Below the pieces are notes generated by a model, which saw only the letters and a list, made by a program, of their open reading frames with translations, ran no database searches and was not told the origin of the DNA. Below, piece after piece: positions 29,857 to 39,716 of a DNA stretch of 64,000 nt (within the stretch, counting starts at the first letter, position 1; each line of letters starts with the position of its first letter). The position numbers and the translations under genes were made by a program. This stretch comes from a virus. The DNA is taken from the IMG/VR virus record IMGVR_UViG_3300027896_000013. One strand, 5' to 3'.

Positions 29857-31656
29857 TTAGGCGGTTGGGGCTGCGGGTGCTGCGGGTGCCCCAGGAGCTG
29901 CAGCTCCTGCTCCAGCTTCTGCACCTGCCTCTGGTGCACCTACTTCACCACCGGCTGCTGGTGCCGGTCCAAAGGCTGGCGGTAGCGCACTACCACCACC
30001 TGTAGGTGCTCCACCAGCTGGTGGAGCGGCTTCTGCACCAGGCGCTGCTGCGGAAGCAGCTGCTGCCACAGCCTGTCTCCAGTTAGGTCCTTGACCTTTG
30101 ATCTGCTCAATTTCCCATTGGAACTCAGAATCTTTTCTCATGAACTCACGATTTGCGAGTACATCATGATCAGACCAACCGAGATACTTCTTCTGTGCGT
30201 ATGTCTTTGACACGAATTCATTTTGAGTGATACTATTATAAGACTCAAACTTCAATTGAAGTTTTTGATTTTCTCTGAGTTCGTAGAAGTTAGTAGGTAC
30301 ATTAAACTCAACTTCAAAATGATGCTCTCTAAGTTCTAGATTATCCCAGATACCTTTAAGTTTAAGATGGGTTATAAATCCTGGCTTAATACCAGAAGCA
30401 ACGCGTTGCTGTAGACGAACGATAAACCTAGCAAATTTGAGCTCCTCGCGAAGGATACCTTCACCATCATTAAATGCGTCTTCAGGATTAACACGAGTAA
30501 CGGGTACTTTAAGCGCTTTATAGAGCTTCTTAACGAAATATAACAGATCCGTTAATTCACCAAGATTACCAGCTGGTTGTAATCTTGTAACTGATGTACC
30601 TTCAGAACCTGCTCTTTTTGGGAACCAGAAAGCATCAAGCATGCTCTGCGGATTAAACTTGTTAACTGTTGAACCTTGATCACCATCATATGTGCGCTTA
30701 GACCAATACTGTGTCATCAATCTTCTGAGATATGATTCAGCCTTTGGTGGTGACATATTACCAACGTCAACACTAAATACCAGACGTTCAGGTGCATTAA
30801 CCAATCGATATATAACAATCGAATCTTCAATCAAACTCAACTGTCTATAAGATCTACGAGCATTTTCAATGAAAGGCAGGCGAAGCGTTTTATTCTCGTT
30901 CCATATACCAGAATTGATATAAATGACTTGATTCTGGTCAAGAGGTACCATCTGTATCTCTTTTATCTTGGTCGGATTTTTTGAGTCATATACCGGCTTA
31001 CGAAGCAAATAGCCTTTTACGAGCATGTTCTGCACGTTTGAGTAGATCGGGTCTACTACATCAGATGGAATAGAGATAATACCAAGTACACCTTTATCAG
31101 GGTGATCCTTGTGTATAATGTTTTCAAAGAATATTTCTGCATCTACAAGCAGCTGACGAAAATATTCCCACCCACGTTTGTGAAGTTCATAGTAACTTAC
31201 ATAACGCTTCCACTCTTCATTCAACTTCTCCTGCTTCTTTGCATCTATGTCTGAATCTTTGTATATAAGATTTGCAACCGATCCGTCTCGTGCAACGTTG
31301 ATACATTCATCACAAATTTCATCCAATGCATCAGATACCTCAGAGAATGCTGCCATCACTCTGTATTCTGTAAGCCGTTTACCTTTATCGGGTTGAACGT
31401 TTGCATACATGAATTCGAGAAAGTCTTTATTGCGAAGAATATTAGAAGCTGGTTCATCATACTGAACAACAGAGGAAATCGATTTATTAATCAGATTTTC
31501 TTGCTGTTTGGAACCTTTATCGTAGAAAGCTTCGAATTTTGGATTTAGTTCTGCGATTCGGTCAATAACCCTATACCCAGTATACGGTATATTTGATGAT
31601 ACAAACTTCATCAATTCTCTACCGAATGTACTTTCACGATTAGAATCAGCCGCCAT
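29857..31656 (-). CDS. gp20: Portal protein with Ala/Pro/Gly-rich C-terminal tail
   Basis: QLSLIEDSIVIYRL..APERLVF.VDVGNM, DAFWFPKR, LYKALKVP, REELKF. Confidence 0.95.
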   Translation of the reverse strand: MAADSNRESTFGRELMKFVSSNIPYTGYRVIDRIAELNPKFEAFYDKGSKQQENLINKSISSVVQYDEPASNILRNKDFLEFMYANVQPDKGKRLTEYRVMAAFSEVSDALDEICDECINVARDGSVANLIYKDSDIDAKKQEKLNEEWKRYVSYYELHKRGWEYFRQLLVDAEIFFENIIHKDHPDKGVLGIISIPSDVVDPIYSNVQNMLVKGYLLRKPVYDSKNPTKIKEIQMVPLDQNQVIYINSGIWNENKTLRLPFIENARRSYRQLSLIEDSIVIYRLVNAPERLVFSVDVGNMSPPKAESYLRRLMTQYWSKRTYDGDQGSTVNKFNPQSMLDAFWFPKRAGSEGTSVTRLQPAGNLGELTDLLYFVKKLYKALKVPVTRVNPEDAFNDGEGILREELKFARFIVRLQQRVASGIKPGFITHLKLKGIWDNLELREHHFEVEFNVPTNFYELRENQKLQLKFESYNSITQNEFVSKTYAQKKYLGWSDHDVLANREFMRKDSEFQWEIEQIKGQGPNWRQAVAAAASAAAPGAEAAPPAGGAPTGGGSALPPAFGPAPAAGGEVGAPEAGAEAGAGAAAPGAPAAPAAPTA

Positions 31657-31705
31657 AAGTAAAGATATTTATGACCAATGATGGAATACTCTAGGTCTGC
31701 TTATC

Positions 31706-31730
31706 GTATTTGTTAACTGGTAGCAAATAC
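31706..31730. other. Intergenic 10-bp hairpin between gp15 and gp20
   Basis: GTATTTGTTA-actgg-TAGCAAATAC (one G.T pair); no clear U tract. Confidence 0.4.
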
Positions 31731-31739
31731 TCGACTCAA

Positions 31740-32519
31740 TCAATATGTTCGAATTATTATAGGTGGTTCACCACCGCTTGCAGAGGCTACTACTGTTTCT
31801 ACTTCTTTTATCATTCCGGTTGATACCGGATACGTGTACGTTAGACCTGATAGCTCTTCGTAAGTTGTAAGAACGCTGTTGACTCTGAGATTTTCGTCAA
31901 TATAATAGATATTTTTTGTAGGAGCTGGAGCTGGTGGAAATAACCAACCTTGTATCGTAAATGAAGTATCTGCTGTTATTCTATACTTGTCGGTTGCATT
32001 CTGATCTGTTGGATACTGCATGTTAATTGAACCACTCCACAACACTTCCGACCGAATTTCATATGTACTTGCTAGATTAAATTCAGAAGGTATCTTCCAA
32101 GAGATTACAATATACGGATTGTTGAATGGTATAAAATTAGACAAAATCTGATCCATGTCTGTTTGAAACTTAGTAATGACAGACATATTGACTGTAATGT
32201 CAACAGGTACCGGCATTCTCATTGCAGATGTCGCAGAAGGGGCTTGTTGCAATGTTAGACCCATCGTCTTATTAAAGACTCTCTCAGTACTTCTAGTAAT
32301 CCCACCCATACTGATTGAAACTACAGGTATGGTTATATTCTGGGCCTTGTTTACCAGATCATACAATACACGCTGCTTAGGAGCATACACATACCGTACT
32401 TGAAGAGAGTTAGCCGCTACTCTATTAGCATCGTAACGTTTAATTATAACATTGTCAAAAGCTGACACGAAACCTGATATCAGATCACGTATTTCAAAGT
32501 AAAATTGCTGCGACTTCAT
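31740..32519 (-). CDS. gp15: Tail sheath stabiliser/terminator
   Basis: F..FDN..IKRY, YAPKQR, MPVPVDI, DQILSNF.P, F...GWLF. Confidence 0.82.
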   Translation of the reverse strand: MKSQQFYFEIRDLISGFVSAFDNVIIKRYDANRVAANSLQVRYVYAPKQRVLYDLVNKAQNITIPVVSISMGGITRSTERVFNKTMGLTLQQAPSATSAMRMPVPVDITVNMSVITKFQTDMDQILSNFIPFNNPYIVISWKIPSEFNLASTYEIRSEVLWSGSINMQYPTDQNATDKYRITADTSFTIQGWLFPPAPAPTKNIYYIDENLRVNSVLTTYEELSGLTYTYPVSTGMIKEVETVVASASGGEPPIIIRTY

Positions 32520-32528
32520 TAAACATAT

Positions 32529-34160
32529 TTATGCGAATCTGCTAATAAAGTGAGCTGGTAACTTATCCAAAGACTTTTGCAATACATCAACTGTATTACC
32601 ATCTAAGATATAGGTAACTGAGTGGTCATCAGCACTCCTTGTAGCTCTACCAGTTGTCTGTACAAGAGTACTCAACATTTTATTCTGATACCATACCTTA
32701 TCGTTTTCAAACAATCTGCTTACTCTCTTATTGTATAGAGGTGCATAAGGTAGCTTAACTATAATTTGAAATCTCGCGAGATCATCTTTTAAGTCAACAC
32801 CATGTGTCAATGACGGGCTCACTAACACAGTCGCCTCCGTCGTTTCAGAGTGTTGTTTAAGAATGTGTTCATTCTTCTCCTTACCTTTACGAAACAAAAA
32901 CCGATCGTCATTGCTAAAGTACGTGTTTAGATAATCACAAATCTCTTGACTGTGAGTATGTATCACACCTTTTTCTGTTGCGTGTTGATCACATATCTTT
33001 TTAATATCAGCGCATATTTGAGGCAGCAACCCTTTAAGATTTTTATAATTCAGTCTATATCTCGTTGAAACATAAATCGGAGACTTCTTAGGGTCAAACG
33101 TACAAGGTGCTTCAATATATTCGTAATCTGTTATACCTAGCACCTTAGCAAAGTTCTTATGGTCTACTATCGTTGCAGATAACAACAATATCTTTTCACC
33201 ATGATCGAAGATAGATTTTGAAAGCTTGTCAACTCGGAGAGGTGTAAAATTTACACCTTCAGCTGTACGATCAACGATATATTCACTATCAGTCCAAGAT
33301 TCATCAACCTGTGTAAGTGATGTGTGGAGATTTTTCAGCAACGTTATTCTATTCTTCTCAGCAACAGTTGGTACACCTTTTCTTTCACGTATAGATGTTT
33401 GAATTGCTTTTGCTCTAGTATCAACCGAATCTCTTACATCTGCAATCCATGAACGAGCTTCTAGAAGATCATCCGTTATTAGCGGTTTAAACCTAACATC
33501 AGCATACTTCAGCTTAGCGTATACAACCTCGGCGGAGAATTGTTTAACCAACTCCTCTTCTAATTCAGACGCTTCATCACAGATTATAAAATCACGTCTC
33601 TTAACATGACTGGGTAGTGCAGAGAACATCTTGTAATTGGTAACAGTAAATTGTGCAATCAAACCATCGTTGCGAGCGTTATAGTATGGACATTTGTTTT
33701 CTTTCTGACACTCTTCTCTTATGTATGCCGCAAATACACAAGGTGCAGTCTCTACGTCATAATTCTCATCTACAACACAAGCATAGTTTGATTTTCCCTT
33801 TACCAAGCAGGTATCAGTGAACAAATCTAGATATTGATCCTGCAGAGCTTTTGTAACTGTTATTGCAATAGCACCATGTGAACCTTCAGCAAGGCATTGC
33901 ATATCATTAATATATTCACCTAAATGGTTTTGTTCAAAAGCTTCATATGTTTTTATCAAGTTAATAAAATCAGGTGTAGCCTTCTTGGCATTATTTGCTA
34001 GCGTTTTTGCAATTAGAGATTTACCGCTACCTGTAGAAGCATTACATATTACGAACTTCTTACCTTTCTTAAATGCAGCTTCAATTTGAGGTATAAGATT
34101 ACTCTGCTGAGAGTTAGGAGTATAACCAGTAGGAAATTTTGAAATGAAAGTATTATTCAC
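32529..34160 (-). CDS. DinG/Rad3-like SF2 helicase
   Basis: TGSGKS, KGKSNYAC, CPYY, DEA, LSAT, GVDL, QTTGRATRS. Confidence 0.88.
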   Translation of the reverse strand: MNNTFISKFPTGYTPNSQQSNLIPQIEAAFKKGKKFVICNASTGSGKSLIAKTLANNAKKATPDFINLIKTYEAFEQNHLGEYINDMQCLAEGSHGAIAITVTKALQDQYLDLFTDTCLVKGKSNYACVVDENYDVETAPCVFAAYIREECQKENKCPYYNARNDGLIAQFTVTNYKMFSALPSHVKRRDFIICDEASELEEELVKQFSAEVVYAKLKYADVRFKPLITDDLLEARSWIADVRDSVDTRAKAIQTSIRERKGVPTVAEKNRITLLKNLHTSLTQVDESWTDSEYIVDRTAEGVNFTPLRVDKLSKSIFDHGEKILLLSATIVDHKNFAKVLGITDYEYIEAPCTFDPKKSPIYVSTRYRLNYKNLKGLLPQICADIKKICDQHATEKGVIHTHSQEICDYLNTYFSNDDRFLFRKGKEKNEHILKQHSETTEATVLVSPSLTHGVDLKDDLARFQIIVKLPYAPLYNKRVSRLFENDKVWYQNKMLSTLVQTTGRATRSADDHSVTYILDGNTVDVLQKSLDKLPAHFISRFA

Positions 34161-34181
34161 GTGAATAGACTAATCTAAAAA

Positions 34182-34544
34182 CTACTTATGTGCAAGTGTT
34201 TTTCTTAGAATACTTACTTCTGTGTCGTAAAATTTAGACGGCTTTCCGAAGAAATAAAACTTCATCATGTGTTGGAGTTCAGCATCCGTGTTTATAAACT
34301 TATCAACTTTATAAGATAAGGTAACACCATTTGTGGAGTTTGTATAGAAGAACGGGTAAGGCATTTCAAATAATACAAGCTTGCTGTTATCTGCTAGCTG
34401 CAGCCTGAAGTTTAGATAGAAGTCTTTAACCGAAAATAATATAAGCTTACCCTCTTTTAGCGTCTTATTCTTATGTGTAAATATTATCTCTTGCTGGAGC
34501 AACGAGCTCATATCTTTTTCGATTGCTTCAGTTATAATATTCAT
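34182..34544 (-). CDS. Hypothetical protein
   Basis: 120-aa ORF, translationally coupled in operon. Confidence 0.6.
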   Translation of the reverse strand: MNIITEAIEKDMSSLLQQEIIFTHKNKTLKEGKLILFSVKDFYLNFRLQLADNSKLVLFEMPYPFFYTNSTNGVTLSYKVDKFINTDAELQHMMKFYFFGKPSKFYDTEVSILRKTLAHK

Positions 34545-34918
34545 TGTCGCATAAACTCCATTTTTTGCTTAGTGTCTATTAGAGCTAAGCGCTCATTAAA
34601 AAACTTCCAGAACCCTGCCGTTGGCACCACGCTGATCAGCTCACAAGCATTCATACTAATCAATCTATAATCCTGCATGAATATATCCCACGCTAATACT
34701 AAATCCTTTTGCGTAAGATCATATCTATGTCTATTGTTATAGGCTGGTCTAAAATTGAGCGCTATTCGACCCTGCGGGCTATTTAATAGTGTAAGGTCGC
34801 TAGTGCACAACATACGACGAGTAGGAGGCTCACCATGCTTGACGCGCCTTCTCATAAACTTTATTTCTGCAACGTTATGCTGCAGAAGAGTTTGTAAGGA
34901 TGCTCGCGACACTCTCAT
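34541..34918 (-). CDS. SH3/WYL-like small beta-barrel protein
   Basis: V.EIKF..R.MLCT..AWD....YR pattern. Confidence 0.5.
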   Translation of the reverse strand: MRVSRASLQTLLQHNVAEIKFMRRRVKHGEPPTRRMLCTSDLTLLNSPQGRIALNFRPAYNNRHRYDLTQKDLVLAWDIFMQDYRLISMNACELISVVPTAGFWKFFNERLALIDTKQKMEFMRQ

Positions 34919-35324
34919 CGTTAGATTTGTCTATTTCACAGATACCGAAAATACGCTGCTCGTTAAGGAATATACCCTTACCGAGTGTACCCGAACCAGC
35001 CACGTCAATATCTGACACAGGAATACCAAGATTATGCGGAAACAGAACATAGTCACCGACCTTTGTGATCTTCACACCGTTACCTGCGAGAATGACTTTA
35101 CCAATACGCCAAGCCTTAGTATCGGCGTTAATAGGAATGTGTAGACCTCTGCGCTGAATGGTGGTACCATCATTAGACTCATCAGCATACTCGACAAGCA
35201 GAACATCGTCGAGTATTGTTCTCAGTTTATAACCGTAGAACACTGAGTTGAAACTATTCTTCGGAAGTGCAGAGAGATCGATTAAACTCTTCTGCGGCAA
35301 TAACATGTTGATATCAGCTGGCAT
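34875..35324 (-). CDS. GroES-like co-chaperonin (gp31-like)
   Basis: LDDVLLVE, GLHIP, GKVILAG.G...KVGDYVLFP, E..IFGI. Confidence 0.78.
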   Translation of the reverse strand: MPADINMLLPQKSLIDLSALPKNSFNSVFYGYKLRTILDDVLLVEYADESNDGTTIQRRGLHIPINADTKAWRIGKVILAGNGVKITKVGDYVLFPHNLGIPVSDIDVAGSGTLGKGIFLNEQRIFGICEIDKSNDESVASILTNSSAA

Positions 35325-35354
35325 AAAAGTAGTTATACCAGCTTGGTGTGTTAA

Positions 35355-35630
35355 TCAACTTATCACATCACCATTGGCTTCCATCTTCTTATCTTCATAA
35401 GGAGACAACTTACGGCGGTAGAACTCTTGCTTAACACATTCTAGAGCACCGATAAGGTTATTACCTAGAGTGTATGATGGATTTCTCTCCCAAAGACGCC
35501 AGATAATACTAGAAATTACGTAGTTTACATTACCAACACTAACACCACATTCAAGTGGGTATAGCTTATCGACTAATGCATCAATCTGCTTTTCAAACGC
35601 TTTGCGGTTTTCTTTTTCAATATATGGCAT
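35355..35630 (-). CDS. Conserved phage helical protein (DUF6899-like)
   Basis: MPYI...R, G.VNY.I, GALEC.K.EFYRR...PYED.K...NGDV. Confidence 0.65.
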   Translation of the reverse strand: MPYIEKENRKAFEKQIDALVDKLYPLECGVSVGNVNYVISSIIWRLWERNPSYTLGNNLIGALECVKQEFYRRKLSPYEDKKMEANGDVIS

Positions 35631-35633
35631 AAT

Positions 35634-35999
35634 TTATCCTTGTAATTCTTTATACATTCTAACCTCTCTTTGGCTAATTTCAAGAGCATTAGCAATGAGC
35701 GGTATTGACTCATCTTCTTGTATTTTATCTTCTTTAGGTTTCTTAATATACGCTATTCGTTTGTTCCGGAGCTTCGGATATATTGAAACGAAGAAATTAA
35801 ACAAATCCTGCTTACACTTAAACAATCCAGAGTATTTGTTAGTTGTTGTGTTGACCACAGTAGCCATCTCAGGTGAGTGCATTGATATCCACCTATTAAC
35901 CATGAATGGTTGAAAAGATTGCTCATCATCTGCTGTAGAGAACGTAGAGCGATTCTTCGTATTTAAAATCGCACCTACATAATCAAATATAGTACTCAT
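35634..35999 (-). CDS. gp62: Clamp loader small subunit
   Basis: IFDY..AI, F.PFMVNRWISM, YIKK pattern. Confidence 0.7.
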   Translation of the reverse strand: MSTIFDYVGAILNTKNRSTFSTADDEQSFQPFMVNRWISMHSPEMATVVNTTTNKYSGLFKCKQDLFNFFVSIYPKLRNKRIAYIKKPKEDKIQEDESIPLIANALEISQREVRMYKELQG

Positions 36000-36001
36000 A
36001 A

Positions 36002-36634
36002 TTATTTTACGTAAAGCATTCCCTTATCACCTTGCATTATATCCGTATTATCTATAGGATGATAATCTAATTCAAATTGTATAGTTCGTTGTATATCAGT
36101 GCAAGCAATTTGTGTATATTTTAACTGCTTTAGAATACTGAGACATTCTAGTACATACTCTCGATCTCTGCTTAACCATTCGAATGCAATTAGAGGTACT
36201 TTATGAGTAAGTGATCGAAATGCTAAATGCTCTCTACCTTCTATGCTCAGTTTAATAAGATCAGGCATACCATATTGATTGATTAAATGATCAAGAGTTA
36301 CAGATTTAACGCTTATCACGTCTTGTACTGTCTGTAGCAGATCAAAATACTCATCAATGAAAGCTGTTTTTTTTGTGATTCTTGCGTGGTGTTTAAAGTC
36401 AGGCCAAAGAAAGCTATTACCAGATTCCTTTGATAAGAAGAAACTAACTTTGTCAGATACAACATCTGACACTACACCCTCGATGAGATTAACACAATTC
36501 AAAGGAGATAGTTTAAATAGAGTACAAAATGTTGGGTGGCCTTCTACTGCAACTATATCCACTTCGGGGTACGCTGATATAACAGACCTAGTGTAATCTC
36601 CATGGTTGTAACCTATGTCGAATACTAGCTTCAT
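36002..36634 (-). CDS. FkbM-family SAM methyltransferase
   Basis: FDIGYNHG, VAVE, TLD.LI..YG.PDLIKL.IEG.E. Confidence 0.8.
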   Translation of the reverse strand: MKLVFDIGYNHGDYTRSVISAYPEVDIVAVEGHPTFCTLFKLSPLNCVNLIEGVVSDVVSDKVSFFLSKESGNSFLWPDFKHHARITKKTAFIDEYFDLLQTVQDVISVKSVTLDHLINQYGMPDLIKLSIEGREHLAFRSLTHKVPLIAFEWLSRDREYVLECLSILKQLKYTQIACTDIQRTIQFELDYHPIDNTDIMQGDKGMLYVK

Positions 36635-36639
36635 TTATA

Positions 36640-37221
36640 CTAGGTAACCTTCGTCGTAGCAATAAACAGGTCGTCTACCAAAGGATAAAACATTGCAACG
36701 ACATCATTCATAAACGCTGTTGCTTGTTCATCTGTCAGATTTGTAGAGTATGCAAATGCTGGTGCACTCTTACCTGCAGTAATATTGATACCAGTATGTC
36801 CGAGTGCAATATTGTTTCTCGACACCGTTATACTAACACTGGACTTACCTTTAAGTTGCGTAATACCACCTTGAGTGTGTTCTGCATGAACAATCAAATC
36901 ATCTCCATCAACTTCAATAGGTTTGTGAATATACTTTGAACTGAGAAGATTAGCGATCTGAGTATTGAACAACCGCTGAAATGCGACTGCACCGAGTGGG
37001 CAAAGGTTAGGAATCTCCCAACAGAAGTTGATAGCATCATCACTCTTAATAAAGTCGTTGTTCAATGAGTCTTCAAGATCGATCAAATTAATCGTAACGT
37101 CCATCGGAGCTCTGAAAGCGATAATATTACCGATCGGTAGAGTCTTATCACGAAAATACTTGTAAGCAAAACGAGAGTGGATGGTGTCGCCGTTGTAGAC
37201 TTTAATATCAGGAATAATCAT
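36640..37221 (-). CDS. DUF366-like protein (biotin/lipoate ligase-like fold)
   Basis: Y.G..I...FAY, IIAFR.PM.V, IDLED, FQRL, GDDL, K.SVSI, H.GINI. Confidence 0.65.
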   Translation of the reverse strand: MIIPDIKVYNGDTIHSRFAYKYFRDKTLPIGNIIAFRAPMDVTINLIDLEDSLNNDFIKSDDAINFCWEIPNLCPLGAVAFQRLFNTQIANLLSSKYIHKPIEVDGDDLIVHAEHTQGGITQLKGKSSVSITVSRNNIALGHTGINITAGKSAPAFAYSTNLTDEQATAFMNDVVAMFYPLVDDLFIATTKVT

Positions 37222-37227
37222 AAAAAT

Positions 37228-37255
37228 ATTATAGCTTATATTTTTATCAATTCAA
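37228..37255 (-). promoter_or_regulatory. Sigma70-like promoter TTGAAT-N16-TATAAT
   Basis: 6 nt before ATG 37221. Confidence 0.78.
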
Positions 37256-38086
37256 CGTGTTATGTATTTTATTTACGAAGCTTTTTGCCATAGATTGAGT
37301 CGTGTTGTGTTGTATTAAGTGGTTGTAAAAATCTTCTTGTAATTCGTCATACTTTGAACCAGCTAGAAGCTTCTTACATAGATCTTTAGGAAAGGATACC
37401 ATTGTAAGATCTGGACACTTATCTATGCCTATGAAATATGGTAAGCACCCGTTAGCCATAATCTCGTAATGTCTCATGCAATCCCAACCTGCCTTTTTTG
37501 TGGTAACACCGTAACGAGCCTCCTGATATCCTTTGTAATAACCTTCTTCGTTTTTATAAATGTAGGTTGATCGATCTCTAGGATCACATATAGAGAAATC
37601 TCGAGTCTTAGTGGTGCAATATTTTATTTTGTCTGTGGGTATAGCAAAAGATATGGGATATAACCTAGCGTGATCATATATTAGCTCTCGCTTAAAATAC
37701 AATACACCTAGATTATAAACTGGATGTATGTTTGTTTCATCTTCACCGTCTACAGCAATTACTTTATTTGGTGGGTAATATTTTAGTATGTCTGTAATAT
37801 AGTCTGAAAATCTCCAGATTGAACCATATACAATGAAATCATAGAATTTATTCTTTATCTTTGCAGTTATATCGCTTCGATCAGCTGTATCATCCGGAAG
37901 CACTCTAGTAACGGAAAACCCTTTACCGTACAGTCTGCTAGCGGCGTCTTTATCGAATGCAATATAGTTATGAAGTTGCTTATTATGATCTACTACATCA
38001 CTACCAAATAGCTCCTTTAAACCTATCAATAAACAATCATTTTGATAGTCTACGTGGTCGCCTTTTGTCAAATATAATATCTTCAC
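37247..38086 (-). CDS. Putative GT-B glycosyltransferase
   Basis: DGED, YFKRE, KKAGWDCMRHYEIMANGCLPYF. Confidence 0.65.
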   Translation of the reverse strand: MKILYLTKGDHVDYQNDCLLIGLKELFGSDVVDHNKQLHNYIAFDKDAASRLYGKGFSVTRVLPDDTADRSDITAKIKNKFYDFIVYGSIWRFSDYITDILKYYPPNKVIAVDGEDETNIHPVYNLGVLYFKRELIYDHARLYPISFAIPTDKIKYCTTKTRDFSICDPRDRSTYIYKNEEGYYKGYQEARYGVTTKKAGWDCMRHYEIMANGCLPYFIGIDKCPDLTMVSFPKDLCKKLLAGSKYDELQEDFYNHLIQHNTTQSMAKSFVNKIHNTLN

Positions 38087-39027
38087 TATGACAGAAATAC
38101 CTTGTTAAATTGATCCATAACATTTTTTGGTGTATATTCAGCTACTAAGTTCTTGTAGCACCCTACTGTACGCATTTCTGTTTTAAAATTTAGAAGATGA
38201 AATAAACACTCCTCTGCATTTGAATACCACATACCTAAGTCTTTTAACAGTGTACGATGAGCTTGGTCTAGACCATGTATGCTAGCTATAACAGGTTTAT
38301 CTAGAAAAAGAAACTCACTAATAGCTAACCCAAAGCTTTCACCGTGATTTCTTGCATGTATCATAGCATCACACATGCAGATATAATTAGACTTGTTTTG
38401 TAGGTCATATGTACCTTCTATGTAGATAATATTTTTATGTGTATAGAATGGACGGGTATTCATAAAAACAAAATACAAATCATCTCGCTTTTCAACAGCC
38501 TCTATAACAGCTTGATGTACATACGGGAGATCAAACTCTGTATAGCCACCGTGACGACCTATAACAGTAGCGTTTTGCGGTATACCTAGTTTATCCTTTA
38601 AACTGAAATCGTTAGGCTGGGGTAGATCGACAACATATGGTACATACACATCGCTCTCCATTTTATTAGCCAACCACTTCGAGATGTATGCGTATTTGTC
38701 TCCATGAGGTTCGCTTCGCTGAAATACAGCGTGAACTATATTCTTAACATTAGGAACTAGTAATCCATCGTTTTCACCTGCTTTTTGATAATAAACATAT
38801 TCTATATTGTTCTTATAAACAAACTCAAATGACTCTTCGAATCGGTCATATAGAAATACTTCAAAACGGTCTTGAAACTTTTTAAGTGTACTCAGGTCTT
38901 TATTTTTACTAGATATGATGTATGACTTATTACCTAGTATAGTCTCATTGTATAAGGCGTAATCATAAAGCGCAACTTCAGTACCTCTAATACCTAGCTG
39001 ATTTGAATGAAAAGCTATCTTCTTCAT
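38086..39027 (-). CDS. GT4-like glycosyltransferase
   Basis: RGTEVA.YDYA, GRHGG, HAR..GESFGLAISEF. Confidence 0.8.
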   Translation of the reverse strand: MKKIAFHSNQLGIRGTEVALYDYALYNETILGNKSYIISSKNKDLSTLKKFQDRFEVFLYDRFEESFEFVYKNNIEYVYYQKAGENDGLLVPNVKNIVHAVFQRSEPHGDKYAYISKWLANKMESDVYVPYVVDLPQPNDFSLKDKLGIPQNATVIGRHGGYTEFDLPYVHQAVIEAVEKRDDLYFVFMNTRPFYTHKNIIYIEGTYDLQNKSNYICMCDAMIHARNHGESFGLAISEFLFLDKPVIASIHGLDQAHRTLLKDLGMWYSNAEECLFHLLNFKTEMRTVGCYKNLVAEYTPKNVMDQFNKVFLS

Positions 39028-39716
39028 ACATTATTTCCCCACTTCTTAAATAAGTTTTGAGATTGACCATCCGTCATATTGTGTTTATTCTCGCTTGTTA
39101 GTAGATGATGTGAACCACTCACCATATGATACACTCTACTGTTACATACCAGAGCGTGTTTAATATTCTTAGATTGCAGAGATAGAGCGTAGTCATTGTC
39201 TTGATACCAGAATTCAAATTTCTCATCAAACAATTTACACTGCTCTATAACACTTTTATGCAACACTATACACCAGCCAGTTATCTCAAACGATGTGCGA
39301 TAACCTAAGTGAAAGAGCTTATCCGGTTTCATTCCTCTTTTTATATGCCAATTAGGTTCCCACGGTGAGAGTGATTTTATATCCGGGTACTGTTCGTATA
39401 CTTTATCTATTTGCGTTAACCAATTCTGAGTAAAGATTACATCATTATTTGATATGATCACCCAATCTGTTTCAAGATCCTTTATACCAAAATTAAGAAA
39501 CCTATTATAGTTAAAGGTCTCATTTGGTGTGATAACATCACATCCTTGATATACAAAACCTTCTGACAAATAGTTGGTATTTGTCTCAACTATCTTTATC
39601 TTGAAGTTAGTATCTGGTTGGGAAAGCTTTAGCGTATTAATAGCTCTCTGGGTCATACCATACAAGTTCAAGTCTTTTGTATTCGATAGGAATACGCATG
39701 TAATTTTATCTATCAT
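39024..39716 (-). CDS. GT2-like glycosyltransferase
   Basis: FNYNRFLNFG, SNNDVIF, GWCI, FDE.F.FWYQDND. Confidence 0.8.
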   Translation of the reverse strand: MIDKITCVFLSNTKDLNLYGMTQRAINTLKLSQPDTNFKIKIVETNTNYLSEGFVYQGCDVITPNETFNYNRFLNFGIKDLETDWVIISNNDVIFTQNWLTQIDKVYEQYPDIKSLSPWEPNWHIKRGMKPDKLFHLGYRTSFEITGWCIVLHKSVIEQCKLFDEKFEFWYQDNDYALSLQSKNIKHALVCNSRVYHMVSGSHHLLTSENKHNMTDGQSQNLFKKWGNNV

